A program made the position numbers and the translations under genes. From IMG/VR virus record IMGVR_UViG_3300042397_001422: a stretch of 20,000 nt of DNA, one strand, 5' to 3'. Positions within the stretch are counted from its first letter, which is position 1, and the number at the start of each line of letters is the position of its first letter. The notes under the pieces are model-generated. The model saw only the letters and a list, made by a program, of their open reading frames with translations. It was not told where the DNA came from and ran no database searches. This document shows positions 1 to 8,884 of the stretch, piece by piece. Source of the DNA: an uncultured virus (IMG/VR IMGVR_UViG_3300042397_001422) (lineage: Duplodnaviria; Heunggongvirae; Uroviricota; Caudoviricetes).

Positions 1-210
1 ATGTAACAATATGTATCACACTGCACTAGGAGGGAGGGGAGCTGTAGCTTACCCCGCCCCTTGAGGTTTCTTGTAACTCAAGAAAAGGCGAAGAGGCCCG
101 AAGGGGCTCGGATACGTTTTTTTATCGAGGCGAGCTTTTTCACTCTAGGAAAAAATAGGCTGGTTACCCCTATGGGGTGATATAGTATATCAAAGAATAA
201 ATGAGTCAAT

Positions 211-597
211 ATGAGTATGAATACAGCAAATACATTAGGAATTATTAAAAAGGTAATGAGTAGTGGAAATACAATACCAATAGTAACAGTTACTAGTGGT
301 CCAACCGGAACACGTACTCCAAACGGAAACTACCGATTAACCGAACGCCATAAGGCAGGTATTGAAAAGATGATTTGGCATTTTGATTCCTTACATAACT
401 TTGGCAAGGCGTTCGAAGTCCATATTGGGTTTCGAGAAGATGGTCATACACCCCATTTGATTACCCTAAATGGTTCAGCGATTGTCAAACATTTAGGGGG
501 AGTCTTAGATTTCGAGGTCTATGGGGAAGATGGTAGGGATATCCTTAATGGGATTCGGGAGTGTTATTCCAATGATAGGCTTCAAATGGGAAGTTAA
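211..597 (+). CDS. hypothetical phage protein (128 aa)
   Basis: ORF with ATG after an A-rich leader; no recognisable motif. Confidence 0.7.
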   Translation: MSMNTANTLGIIKKVMSSGNTIPIVTVTSGPTGTRTPNGNYRLTERHKAGIEKMIWHFDSLHNFGKAFEVHIGFREDGHTPHLITLNGSAIVKHLGGVLDFEVYGEDGRDILNGIRECYSNDRLQMGS

Positions 598-618
598 GGG
601 TGGGTACTTCTTTTTTAG

Positions 619-651
619 ATTTGGAAATATGGAATACTTTTCGTATCTTTG
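619..651 (+). promoter_or_regulatory. Bacteroidota sigma70-type phage promoter, copy 1
   Basis: ATTTGGAAATATGGAATACTTTTCGTATCTTTG: TTTG (-33), 20 nt, TATCTTTG (-7); 18 nt before ATG 670. Confidence 0.85.
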
Positions 652-669
652 GTATAAATAATTAATAAT

Positions 670-885
670 ATGAGTAACGAAATAACAAATGAAAGTGGTA
701 TCATTAAGATAGAAGTCACAAAGGATGGTAAAGTAGTAACGGCACAAATGTATGTAGACCACTACTTAGAACATACAAAAACCAATAGTGGAATAGGTGA
801 TTCAATGATACAAAGTGTCCTAAGTGAATTAGATATCCATTATGTATTACCGACAAACGAAACAATAAATAGGAATACGATATGA
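670..885 (+). CDS. hypothetical protein (71 aa)
   Basis: ORF directly downstream of the promoter; stop overlaps next ATG (ATGA). Confidence 0.75.
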   Translation: MSNEITNESGIIKIEVTKDGKVVTAQMYVDHYLEHTKTNSGIGDSMIQSVLSELDIHYVLPTNETINRNTI

Positions 886-1061
886 TAGGTTTAAGAGAGT
901 TGAGATTGGAGGTACTGAGATTAATAGATATGTATCCCAAACAGGCAGATGAGTTAAGGGATTTATATCACCTTGCTGTATCTGAGATTGAGGAGGGTGG
1001 TTCGGAGAGTAATGAGTGTTCTCTTGCTTGGAGGGATATGTTGGAGTTGGTAGGTGAGTAA
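882..1061 (+). CDS. small acidic hypothetical protein (59 aa, MIGLRELRLEVLRLIDMYPKQ...MLELVGE)
   Basis: Translated by hand; ATGA overlap with the upstream ORF; absent from the ORF track. Confidence 0.7.
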   Translation: MIGLRELRLEVLRLIDMYPKQADELRDLYHLAVSEIEEGGSESNECSLAWRDMLELVGE

Positions 1062-1182
1062 GTGGGTAGAGAGGAGTATTAGTATTATAGGTTTCCTTAT
1101 AGGGGTTGTCTTAGGTATACTCTTTGTCTTATGGGGATTGAGTAATTACTTAGTTCTTATCCTTACTACTATGGGTAAGTGA
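1054..1182 (+). CDS. putative single-TM peptide (42 aa, GTG start, ...SIIGFLIGVVLGILFVLWGLS...)
   Basis: Translated by hand; overlaps the upstream stop; long hydrophobic stretch. Confidence 0.4.
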   Translation: MSKWVERSISIIGFLIGVVLGILFVLWGLSNYLVLILTTMGK

Positions 1183-1220
1183 GTCATTAGTATCATTAGT
1201 GTTACGCAAAACGAATTGGT

Positions 1221-1478
1221 ATGAAACATGAAGTATTAAAACCAATACAAAAGGAATGGTTGGGTTGGTTGATAAAAGATGAATGGGATTGGATGATTCG
1301 AACTAAGGTTCAGGCGAGTAACCATCGCCAACAATTAGCTTGGACTTATACGTCGGGAGTATATGATGCATCCACCAAAGGGCTTCTTACTTATATCTTA
1401 GAAGAGTTTAATGAGGATTCACAAGTTAAACATCGATGGTATCTTAAAAAGGAATGGGATAAAGCAAATGTAATATGA
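1221..1478 (+). CDS. hypothetical protein, paralog family A (GxY...L..L motif)
   Basis: ORF coupled to clpS; weak similarity to 7606, 16528 and part of 4683. Confidence 0.7.
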   Translation: MKHEVLKPIQKEWLGWLIKDEWDWMIRTKVQASNHRQQLAWTYTSGVYDASTKGLLTYILEEFNEDSQVKHRWYLKKEWDKANVI

Positions 1479-1744
1479 TTGAATTAGATGAAATAGAATT
1501 AGATGAAGTAGTTGGTACGGGATTAGAATCTAACCTCATTATTTGGAACGATGATTATAATACCTTTGAATGGGTTATCCTGTGTCTTATTAAGTTATTA
1601 GGACATGAGGCGACACAAGCGGAACAATGTGCAATGATTATTCACAATACCGGCAAGTGTTCCGTAAAGAGGGGTTCATATGAGGATTTGGTTAAATACA
1701 AAGATGCCTTAGTATTGAGGGGATTAAATGTAACGATTGAATAA
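1475..1744 (+). CDS. clpS: ATP-dependent Clp protease adaptor ClpS (N-degron pathway)
   Basis: LIIWNDDYNTFEWVILCL...QAEQCAMIIHNTGKCSVKRG matches the ClpS signature (NDD-x-[NT], H-x-x-G), Bacteroidota-like form. Confidence 0.93.
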   Translation: MIELDEIELDEVVGTGLESNLIIWNDDYNTFEWVILCLIKLLGHEATQAEQCAMIIHNTGKCSVKRGSYEDLVKYKDALVLRGLNVTIE

Positions 1745-2058
1745 TGAGTAGGAAAATCCGGTTAGACGACCCCAATAAGCTAACAGCTAGACATATACTA
1801 CTTGATGGTAGTAGTGTACAAATTGCGTATAGGGGTGAGAATACTGAATACTACCTATACCATATAGCGTGGTCACATAGTACTGATTACAATGAGATAA
1901 TGATATATAAGGATTACACCAATAGAAGGGGTGTCCTAATTTCGTTTGAGGATAGAAAGAAGAAATCAAATACGAATCAACTCATTACGATTCCGAATTT
2001 AAAGGATAGGGATAAATTATTAAGTAAGATGATATCATTTCAGAAATCAGCAGTATAA
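1744..2058 (+). CDS. hypothetical protein, possible paralog family B
   Basis: Translationally coupled ORF (TAATG). Confidence 0.75.
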   Translation: MSRKIRLDDPNKLTARHILLDGSSVQIAYRGENTEYYLYHIAWSHSTDYNEIMIYKDYTNRRGVLISFEDRKKKSNTNQLITIPNLKDRDKLLSKMISFQKSAV

Positions 2059-3224
2059 TGGAAATGGATTTTTGGTATACCGATATAATGGAAGGTTCTG
2101 GTGTTAGGGAGATGCTTGAACGAATGGATATAGGTATTCGTTTTAAGAATGTGAATACTGATATCATAGACCCGAGCAAACTAAACTTCTTAGTCTTTGT
2201 ATGGGAAACCAGTCCCAAGCTTCCATATACAACCAATACTATATCAGATGAGTTCCTAAACCTATTGGATAGGATACAACATCAGAACTTTTACTTTATG
2301 GGGGATTTCTCTAGAGAGACACATCAGAGGGTAGATAAATTGAGTGTATCCTTTTTGAATGCGTTAAAATTAAAGGGAATTGATATCAATCGCTTGATTG
2401 TTGTAAAGAATGATTCCTCTAGAATTGGGGTACATAAAATACGATATGATAATTACGCATTGAATACTTTCTTTTTCCCACATTTTTTCTTATCAACCTA
2501 TAATCATATGAAGGAGTATATTGGAGAGGTTGGTATTAACACTACCATCCAACCGGATAAGGAGTTCTTATGTTTAAACCGAAGGATGTATCATCACAAA
2601 TACCGAATCATAGAAGAGTTGTTTAATAGGGGATTGTTGGGAGATACTCGTTTCACGTGGGTAGATAACTTTGTACCCCCTAATAAGATAAGTAAGAAAC
2701 TAATATCAGAACTGAATATAAACATAGATGAGTTTGATGGTATCCAATTGGAAGGGGATGTAATGTATGGTAGTAAGTTATCATACCACGATGAATTCCT
2801 ATTCACCATAAACCCAGAATGGTATTACCGAAGTAAAGTAGATATCGTAACGGAAACGATATTAGATGAAGATGCAATACACCTAACGGAAAAAACATTT
2901 AAGGCAATATACTTAGGAAGACCATTTGTTATATCAGCATCTAAAGGACACCTCAAAGCCCTAAGGGAGATGGGGTTCAAAACATTCGATTCCATAATCA
3001 ATGAGGATTATGATGATATGAGTGGTGGAGATAAAATAACTAAAATTATAGATAGTGCCGTAGAATTAGCAAGAGTGTGGGATTCACCGGAGGTGGTATC
3101 CATCTGCAGACATAATCAGGAGTTATACTTTAATTCAGAGTATCGTAAACAAATATGTAAAGACCTTTTCATAGATAGGCTTTATGAGATTGGTAATATA
3201 ACTAAACCTAAAAGTTTAATCTAA
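2058..3224 (+). CDS. glycosyltransferase-like phage protein (388 aa)
   Basis: FLCLNRR, VTET, HLTEKTFKAI, PFVI and LREMGFKTF motifs typical of a large-phage family with a GT-B-like (GT10-like) C-terminal half; activity unverified. Confidence 0.6.
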   Translation: MEMDFWYTDIMEGSGVREMLERMDIGIRFKNVNTDIIDPSKLNFLVFVWETSPKLPYTTNTISDEFLNLLDRIQHQNFYFMGDFSRETHQRVDKLSVSFLNALKLKGIDINRLIVVKNDSSRIGVHKIRYDNYALNTFFFPHFFLSTYNHMKEYIGEVGINTTIQPDKEFLCLNRRMYHHKYRIIEELFNRGLLGDTRFTWVDNFVPPNKISKKLISELNINIDEFDGIQLEGDVMYGSKLSYHDEFLFTINPEWYYRSKVDIVTETILDEDAIHLTEKTFKAIYLGRPFVISASKGHLKALREMGFKTFDSIINEDYDDMSGGDKITKIIDSAVELARVWDSPEVVSICRHNQELYFNSEYRKQICKDLFIDRLYEIGNITKPKSLI

Positions 3225-3628
3225 TGGGAGTAAAAATAAAAGGGTGGGAGAAATTGAGTGGTATTACATATAGAGGTTATTGTATAGTTAACCCAATACA
3301 CAATGCGTATGAAACGGAATACCTTGCGGATGTATTGAATCTAAACTTACCACAAAAACCAAAGTGGGAATTATCCTTACATATCAACAATCCAAACCCA
3401 CATGAGCATATCATTTGGTTGGGCAATCCTAAAAATAAACTACATACTCAAATACAAGTCCAAACCGATGCGATTCGGACAATAACTGGGTTCAGACAAA
3501 ATTGGGAATTATTGGTAGATAGATTGATAGATTTAGAAAACCTATCGGCACCAATATCATCATCATTCTCTATATCAGCACAACTATATAATATGATAAA
3601 CAGCCTACCTCACTGGATGAGGAAATAG
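3224..3628 (+). CDS. hypothetical protein, possible paralog family B
   Basis: Coupled ORF (TAATG); starts MGVKIKGWEKL. Confidence 0.75.
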   Translation: MGVKIKGWEKLSGITYRGYCIVNPIHNAYETEYLADVLNLNLPQKPKWELSLHINNPNPHEHIIWLGNPKNKLHTQIQVQTDAIRTITGFRQNWELLVDRLIDLENLSAPISSSFSISAQLYNMINSLPHWMRK

Positions 3629-3649
3629 AAGAACTACAAAAACGATAAT

Positions 3650-3919
3650 ATGGAAATACTGGGTTACTTAGGGGCAATATTCTTAGGAGTATGTGCGTTC
3701 CCTGAAATGATAAGAACAATTAAAGATGGGAGGTGCCACTTAGGTTGGCCGTTCCTTATGATGTGGTATTTGGGTGAAGTGTTTATGTTTATATACATTA
3801 TACCATTAAGAGATATGCCACTCCTTTTTAACTACGCATTCAATATCCTAATACTGAGTGTAATGGTTGTATATAAAATAAAACAATATGTTAACAATAC
3901 GAAACATAGAAAAAATTAA
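3650..3919 (+). CDS. PQ-loop/SemiSWEET-like 3-TM membrane protein
   Basis: ILGYLGAIFLGVCAFPEMIRTIK (PQ-loop-like, PE variant), three hydrophobic helices, conserved P and N in TM3. Confidence 0.75.
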   Translation: MEILGYLGAIFLGVCAFPEMIRTIKDGRCHLGWPFLMMWYLGEVFMFIYIIPLRDMPLLFNYAFNILILSVMVVYKIKQYVNNTKHRKN

Positions 3920-4244
3920 TAACACCCATATAATAGGAACTGATTATCATATCACGAGGGTTACTACCCCCATACCGGAATCCTATCATATGGCCATTAA
4001 ATCGGATACCTATAACCATTATATGAGGTTGGTATTAAATAGGGTATTAGAACATAATTTCGTTGGTGAATTCTATACCTTACAATTGATGGATGATACC
4101 ACCGGCCCTAATGCAGTATTCCCACCTATGACATACCCAACATTTGGGTTTAGTCCTAAAAATATGAAAACCCCTAATGAGTTTATGAAGTCCATAGAGG
4201 ATTACTTTAAGCATCTAATAGATGAGAACTACTTAAAAACTTAA
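3888..4244 (+). CDS. hypothetical protein, possible paralog family B
   Basis: ORF starting MLTIRNIEKI; ends just before the next promoter. Confidence 0.75.
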   Translation: MLTIRNIEKINNTHIIGTDYHITRVTTPIPESYHMAIKSDTYNHYMRLVLNRVLEHNFVGEFYTLQLMDDTTGPNAVFPPMTYPTFGFSPKNMKTPNEFMKSIEDYFKHLIDENYLKT

Positions 4245-4249
4245 AATAA

Positions 4250-4282
4250 ATTTGGAAATACGGATTTTTATTCGTATCTTAG
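4250..4282 (+). promoter_or_regulatory. Bacteroidota-type phage promoter, copy 2
   Basis: ATTTGGAAATACGGATTTTTATTCGTATCTTAG; 18 nt before ATG 4301. Confidence 0.85.
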
Positions 4283-4300
4283 CTTTAAATAATAACCACT

Positions 4301-4495
4301 ATGTCAATAGATATTATAACAGGAACAAAGACGTATGACGAGTTTGTTGAAGTATTTGAAAGGAAGAGGTCGGATTTCATGCACATAGCACAATCCCCAT
4401 TTATAAGACAATCTATATTTATGGCAAAACCCATATCCAAAGAAGATTGGGAGATGTTAAGGGATGTAACCAAACCAAAACCAAAAAAGAAATAA
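4301..4495 (+). CDS. hypothetical protein (64 aa)
   Basis: ORF directly after the promoter. Confidence 0.75.
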   Translation: MSIDIITGTKTYDEFVEVFERKRSDFMHIAQSPFIRQSIFMAKPISKEDWEMLRDVTKPKPKKK

Positions 4496-4668
4496 TGGAA
4501 CGTGCAGACTTATTAACAGGTATCACCTTAGTATCCTTTGGATTAGTTATGTGGGCATTAGTTCTATGGGAGAAGTACTTTCCCGATGATGATAAAAGAT
4601 TCCCGCGTAAGAGAAACGAACAACTACATAAGTGGTTCGAAGAACAAAGAAAAAAAATTAAACCTTAA
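4495..4668 (+). CDS. single-TM small protein (MERADLLTGITLVSFGLVMWALVLW...)
   Basis: ATG at 4495 overlaps the upstream TAA and is preferred over 4447; N-terminal TM helix. Confidence 0.7.
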   Translation: MERADLLTGITLVSFGLVMWALVLWEKYFPDDDKRFPRKRNEQLHKWFEEQRKKIKP

Positions 4669-4682
4669 ACGACGTTGCGTAT

Positions 4683-5297
4683 ATGAACCCCACAAGCATT
4701 ACTACTCCTACACTACATAGTATACTAAGTAGTACACTACAATACCCTACACCTACCTATACCCCAGCACGGAGTACTAGAAAGGAGTTAGCGAGTATAG
4801 AACCCTATTACATATCATATGCTGAACTGACACCGGAATATACTACGGGTCTATTAAGGCTTCGTGATTGGGTTATGGGGAATACCCGATACACGACTGA
4901 AGACCGTTTCGTTATCTGGCGTGAATTAGATATGATAATCACTGCCGGTAAGTATTGGAACACTTATTCGGACTTCCTTAATAGGGTTCGGGCGGATTAC
5001 TATCGGATAACTGGTGGTGAGAAACTAGTGAAGGGCGAATGGGGATGGGTGGGGCAAGAGCTACTGGACTTTGTGGAATGTAATGCGGGTGGCGTATTGG
5101 GGAATGGGGTTCGATTTACTGATATGCAGAACTACTATCAATTGAAAATAAGAGGTTTTAGCGACAAAGAAAGGGGAGGTTCATTTATACATCACCTACA
5201 TAATTTGAAGCGACAAGACCCAAATCGAAGATGTGGTAGATATTTAGTAAAGGGGACTGATGGATTATGGAGAGTAAATTATTGTTCAACAATATAA
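4683..5297 (+). CDS. hypothetical protein; family A domain fused to a second domain
   Basis: 204 aa ORF; LDMIITAGKYWNTYSDFLNRVRADYY resembles the 7606 and 16528 proteins. Confidence 0.7.
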   Translation: MNPTSITTPTLHSILSSTLQYPTPTYTPARSTRKELASIEPYYISYAELTPEYTTGLLRLRDWVMGNTRYTTEDRFVIWRELDMIITAGKYWNTYSDFLNRVRADYYRITGGEKLVKGEWGWVGQELLDFVECNAGGVLGNGVRFTDMQNYYQLKIRGFSDKERGGSFIHHLHNLKRQDPNRRCGRYLVKGTDGLWRVNYCSTI

Positions 5298-5301
5298 GAA
5301 G

Positions 5302-5433
5302 ATGGAAACGGAAATAATAATAATGGTAGTATGGTTTAGTGGAGTTATAGGATTTACCTATATGATGGTAAAGATGGGTAACACCATTGGGGATAACAAC
5401 GAGGCCGATTGGGATTTAGATGAAAACAATTAA
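5302..5433 (+). CDS. single-TM small protein (43 aa, METEIIIMVVWFSGVIGFTYMMV...)
   Basis: Translated by hand; fills the gap between ORFs; hydrophobic N-terminus, acidic tail. Confidence 0.6.
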   Translation: METEIIIMVVWFSGVIGFTYMMVKMGNTIGDNNEADWDLDENN

Positions 5434-5444
5434 AAACAAATAAT

Positions 5445-6104
5445 ATGAATAACAAAAGTATAACGGACTTTATAAAGCCCACAATCATTACGGCACAACA
5501 ATATGGTACAAGGGTATCGGTTGAGATAGACCATAGTGATACCGATTTAGATGAATTGATGGAGGCCTTTCAAACCCTCATTGTAGGATTGGGATATCAC
5601 CAAACAGCATTTAAAAATTGGGTATACGATGCGGCAGATGAGTATAGGGAAACTGATACCGAAGATTTAAAAAAAGCATTAAATGATTGGAAGGAAGATG
5701 ATGTTGCCGAGGTTGTCTTTCATAGAGATGTAAAGGAATCGGTTAGAACTCGTCTGACAGAAATGATGGAAGATGATGAGCAGTTAGGATTATATGATGC
5801 TGCATTCGCCGAACATAATGCACACGAAGAGGGGTTTGATATAGAATCCAATAATGGTGGGTTCGATGGTAACCCCCATAAACAAGATACCGGTGCTGTA
5901 TTCTTTACGGTCCCTGTAAACTTTTATACTGATGATAAGGGTGATAAGGTTTATGATTACGAAGGAATGGCCGATGAATTCGAAGAACAACTATCTAAAT
6001 TAGATACAAGTGCAGTAGTAATGGTTTCGGTAGAAACCCAACCGCTAAATAAGGAATTAATAAAGGCAACAAAGAAATATAAAAAGAAACTTAAAACACA
6101 ATAG
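5445..6104 (+). CDS. acidic hypothetical protein (219 aa)
   Basis: Long ORF, D/E-rich with a basic C-terminus. Confidence 0.75.
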   Translation: MNNKSITDFIKPTIITAQQYGTRVSVEIDHSDTDLDELMEAFQTLIVGLGYHQTAFKNWVYDAADEYRETDTEDLKKALNDWKEDDVAEVVFHRDVKESVRTRLTEMMEDDEQLGLYDAAFAEHNAHEEGFDIESNNGGFDGNPHKQDTGAVFFTVPVNFYTDDKGDKVYDYEGMADEFEEQLSKLDTSAVVMVSVETQPLNKELIKATKKYKKKLKTQ

Positions 6105-6107
6105 ATT

Positions 6108-6452
6108 ATGGCTTGGGATGATATGTTTAATTCAGATGAACACGAAACTAATGAATGGGTAACCGGAGATAAAAACTTTGAAGCTCTTAATTCCCTACGC
6201 GATAAGTTATTCGAACATTCTATTCATATGTTAATGGATACGAGATTCAGAACTGAGTTGATGTCCGATACCTCAATATCAATGGAGGAAAAGATATCAG
6301 ATATAACTGAAATGTTAGAATGGGCAACGGAGGTGGAATGGTATGAGGAGTGTGCGGTATTGTATAAAATGATTAAACAAATTAAGGAATCACCCTATTC
6401 ATATGAACCAACTGAAAGGAGTAAATTCGAATCAAGTATAAACTTTAACTAA
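6108..6452 (+). CDS. hypothetical protein with a UVR-like (E-x-Y-E-x-C-A) helical motif
   Basis: EVEWYEECAVLYKMI resembles the UvrB/C (UVR) hairpin motif. Confidence 0.6.
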   Translation: MAWDDMFNSDEHETNEWVTGDKNFEALNSLRDKLFEHSIHMLMDTRFRTELMSDTSISMEEKISDITEMLEWATEVEWYEECAVLYKMIKQIKESPYSYEPTERSKFESSINFN

Positions 6453-6949
6453 TGAATAATGTAGTAACCAAACCAACTGCCTTAAATCACGATGATACTT
6501 ACGATAGAATTGTTGCTAAGGCGTTTTTAGAAGATAGGGGTTGGTATGGTATTGAGTATGGTGGATATTGGGATTTAGATTTAATTGCTCCACAATATAA
6601 AAGAGGATGTGATGTTGAGATGAATAAATACAATCACTACGAACAATTTAAATCAGAGGGTATATTCAGATTACCTGCACGTAAGATACGTTATTGGAAT
6701 GATACAGGTGATTACGGAGATTGGAAAGTAGATTATATTCAATTTAGTGATAACTCTACAACTGAGTTATTGTGGTATCCATATCGAATAATAGAACACT
6801 ACAAGAACAATAGAGTGGTGTGGGAGGGATTAAAGAAAAAAGGTTATACCGATATTCAAGCATCCTTTATCAGTATACCATTTGAAGTAGGAATTAAACA
6901 TATACAACATTGGAAATTTATAAGTAATGAATGGCAAAAAATTAATTGA
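6452..6949 (+). CDS. putative PD-(D/E)XK-fold nuclease-like protein
   Basis: WDLDLIAP...GCDVEMNK resembles a D...E-x-[K/N] restriction-endonuclease-like core; weak. Confidence 0.45.
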   Translation: MNNVVTKPTALNHDDTYDRIVAKAFLEDRGWYGIEYGGYWDLDLIAPQYKRGCDVEMNKYNHYEQFKSEGIFRLPARKIRYWNDTGDYGDWKVDYIQFSDNSTTELLWYPYRIIEHYKNNRVVWEGLKKKGYTDIQASFISIPFEVGIKHIQHWKFISNEWQKIN

Positions 6950-7598
6950 GTTAAAAGAGGAGTTATTTGAAACTGGTTATGTTTCATTTAATTTAAAAGA
7001 TATAAGTTTAGATTTATATAGTAAATTAGAAAGTCTTATTCCGATTGGAACGTTAAGACCTTCGGACTTTACAAATTTAAAAGCAAGTATAATTAATTCT
7101 AAAAATAAGCCAGACCCGTTATATCCAAATGATATCACCGATAAGTCCTTTGAAGAACTAAAAACAATTAAGGATGATATACTTAATAGATATTTAAATA
7201 GTGATGATTATGGATTAGACCAAATATGGTACTATAAGAATGTAGATAATCACCATACCTTAGATTTTGTATCTGATGTATATTCTTTATTTTATAATAA
7301 AACGCAAGATAGAAATTGTGGTAGTACTATCACATTATATGATGATGGTTGTTTTTTACGCAATCATGCAGATGCTAATGATACAACTACTAATCGTACA
7401 TGTGCACTATTAATATATCTTTCTAATGATTGGAGTGAGGGTAAGGGTGGTGGACTTGGTATTGATAATAAAGTAGTAGTTCTACCGATATATGGCAATG
7501 TTGTCATTTTAGATTTTACTAAACATAATCCCGAACATATGGTAAATCGAGTTATAGGTTTTAATAGATATTGCTTAATAAATTTTTGTGTTAAATAA
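6927..7598 (+). CDS. 2OG-Fe(II) oxygenase (prolyl-hydroxylase-like)
   Basis: Y..GCFLRNHAD (HxD), LLIYLSNDW..GKGG.L, H (PEHMV) and R (FNRY). Confidence 0.88.
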   Translation: MNGKKLIELKEELFETGYVSFNLKDISLDLYSKLESLIPIGTLRPSDFTNLKASIINSKNKPDPLYPNDITDKSFEELKTIKDDILNRYLNSDDYGLDQIWYYKNVDNHHTLDFVSDVYSLFYNKTQDRNCGSTITLYDDGCFLRNHADANDTTTNRTCALLIYLSNDWSEGKGGGLGIDNKVVVLPIYGNVVILDFTKHNPEHMVNRVIGFNRYCLINFCVK

Positions 7599-7605
7599 TA
7601 ATAGT

Positions 7606-7836
7606 ATGAAAGAAAAATTGTTTAAATTAACAGCAGAACAAACAAAAGGAGTAATGACACTTTTGGGGTGGTTACAAACAACTACCAGTCCAAAAATAAA
7701 TATTACCGATTCAAGTGATATTTTAAAGTATGTCCTTACCTACGGCAAATATAATTCATCACAACAGGATGTATTAAATGAGTTAAGGGTCGAATATTAT
7801 AAAGAAGTTAAAAATGAAGAACTTATAACATGGTAA
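7606..7836 (+). CDS. hypothetical protein, paralog family A
   Basis: ATG 7606 preferred; ILKYVLTYGKYNSSQQDVLNELRVEYYKE. Confidence 0.75.
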   Translation: MKEKLFKLTAEQTKGVMTLLGWLQTTTSPKINITDSSDILKYVLTYGKYNSSQQDVLNELRVEYYKEVKNEELITW

Positions 7837-8054
7837 GTATATTAGGATACCTTGCAACATTAGTAACAATGGCTTCGTTTCTGATTACGGATATGTTCAG
7901 ATTACGGGTTGTGAATACATTTGGTTGCATACTATGGATAACATACGGAATCATACAATTGGACACCCCAATCATATTAGTAAATTGTTTAATAATGTTG
8001 ATACATTTATGGTGGTTTGTTAAACATATAACTAAAAAAAATAATATACTATAA
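7830..8054 (+). CDS. YgjV-like small 3-TM inner membrane protein
   Basis: ILGYLATLVTMASFL...RLRVVNTFGCILWITYG...PIILVN pattern. Confidence 0.75.
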   Translation: MVSILGYLATLVTMASFLITDMFRLRVVNTFGCILWITYGIIQLDTPIILVNCLIMLIHLWWFVKHITKKNNIL

Positions 8055-8057
8055 TAA

Positions 8058-8090
8058 ATTTGGTATTACCAAAGTTATTTCGTATCTTTA
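8058..8090 (+). promoter_or_regulatory. Bacteroidota-type phage promoter, copy 3
   Basis: ATTTGGTATTACCAAAGTTATTTCGTATCTTTA; TTTG, 20 nt, TATCTTTA. Confidence 0.75.
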
Positions 8091-8102
8091 CTTATAAAGT
8101 AA

Positions 8103-8513
8103 ATGAATATGGGTAAAACTAAAAAATTAATAAAAGAGGTAAAGAGCAGTTTTGAGTTAATTAAAAAACGATATGGTAAAAGTAGCCACTATACCCGTAC
8201 TCCTAAACTTCAATTTATTAAATCAAAGAATATAATTAAACAAGAGTTTGCAGACGGACCATTGAAGAAAAAGGATATTAAAAATATGGAGGGGTGGTTC
8301 GACCCCGAACTCAATATTATTGTATTAGTTGTTGATAATATAGATTCAAAAATAGATTTTATAAAAACTTTATTACATGAATATCAACATTATCTACAAT
8401 CACCTAAATGGATGACACGATATTATAAGATGGGTCATACTTATAAAACACATCCATATGAATTAGCATCTAAACGGGCTGAGAAACAATATAAGAGATT
8501 TATAATAAAATAA
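8103..8513 (+). CDS. zincin-like metallopeptidase domain protein
   Basis: TLLHEYQHYLQ (HExxH) plus downstream HPYELAS (third-ligand E); alternative start at 8109. Confidence 0.75.
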   Translation: MNMGKTKKLIKEVKSSFELIKKRYGKSSHYTRTPKLQFIKSKNIIKQEFADGPLKKKDIKNMEGWFDPELNIIVLVVDNIDSKIDFIKTLLHEYQHYLQSPKWMTRYYKMGHTYKTHPYELASKRAEKQYKRFIIK

Positions 8514-8514
8514 T

Positions 8515-8685
8515 ATGGGAAAGTTTTACGAAGATTTAGAAACCCTTATCGACCTAATTAAAAAAATAGATAAGAAACATCTATTGGCAGAATTCATTAT
8601 TAGAGTTGCTAGAAACGCACAGGCTAACCCAACTAAATCAGTATCAGATGTCATCAAAGAAACAAAAAAAGAATTCGATAAATAA
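8515..8685 (+). CDS. hypothetical protein (56 aa, MGKFYEDLETLIDLIKK...)
   Basis: Translated by hand; begins 1 nt after the upstream stop. Confidence 0.65.
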   Translation: MGKFYEDLETLIDLIKKIDKKHLLAEFIIRVARNAQANPTKSVSDVIKETKKEFDK

Positions 8686-8884
8686 AGGTCATTACCTTGA
8701 ATTAATGGATAGATTACATATTGTAATGTGTACACTTAATGACCATTGTATAGACCACCCATTAACACAATCAGATAAAGATATAAAGTTTCAAATAGAA
8801 TATGCAGTAGGACAATTATGGGATGCGTATCAATTAGTAGGAAATAAAGAAGATAGTTATGAAGATGAGAATAACACACATTAG
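8648..8884 (+). CDS. hypothetical protein (MSSKKQKKNSINKGHYLELMDRLH...)
   Basis: ATG 8648 preferred over the 8606 start. Confidence 0.7.
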   Translation: MSSKKQKKNSINKGHYLELMDRLHIVMCTLNDHCIDHPLTQSDKDIKFQIEYAVGQLWDAYQLVGNKEDSYEDENNTH

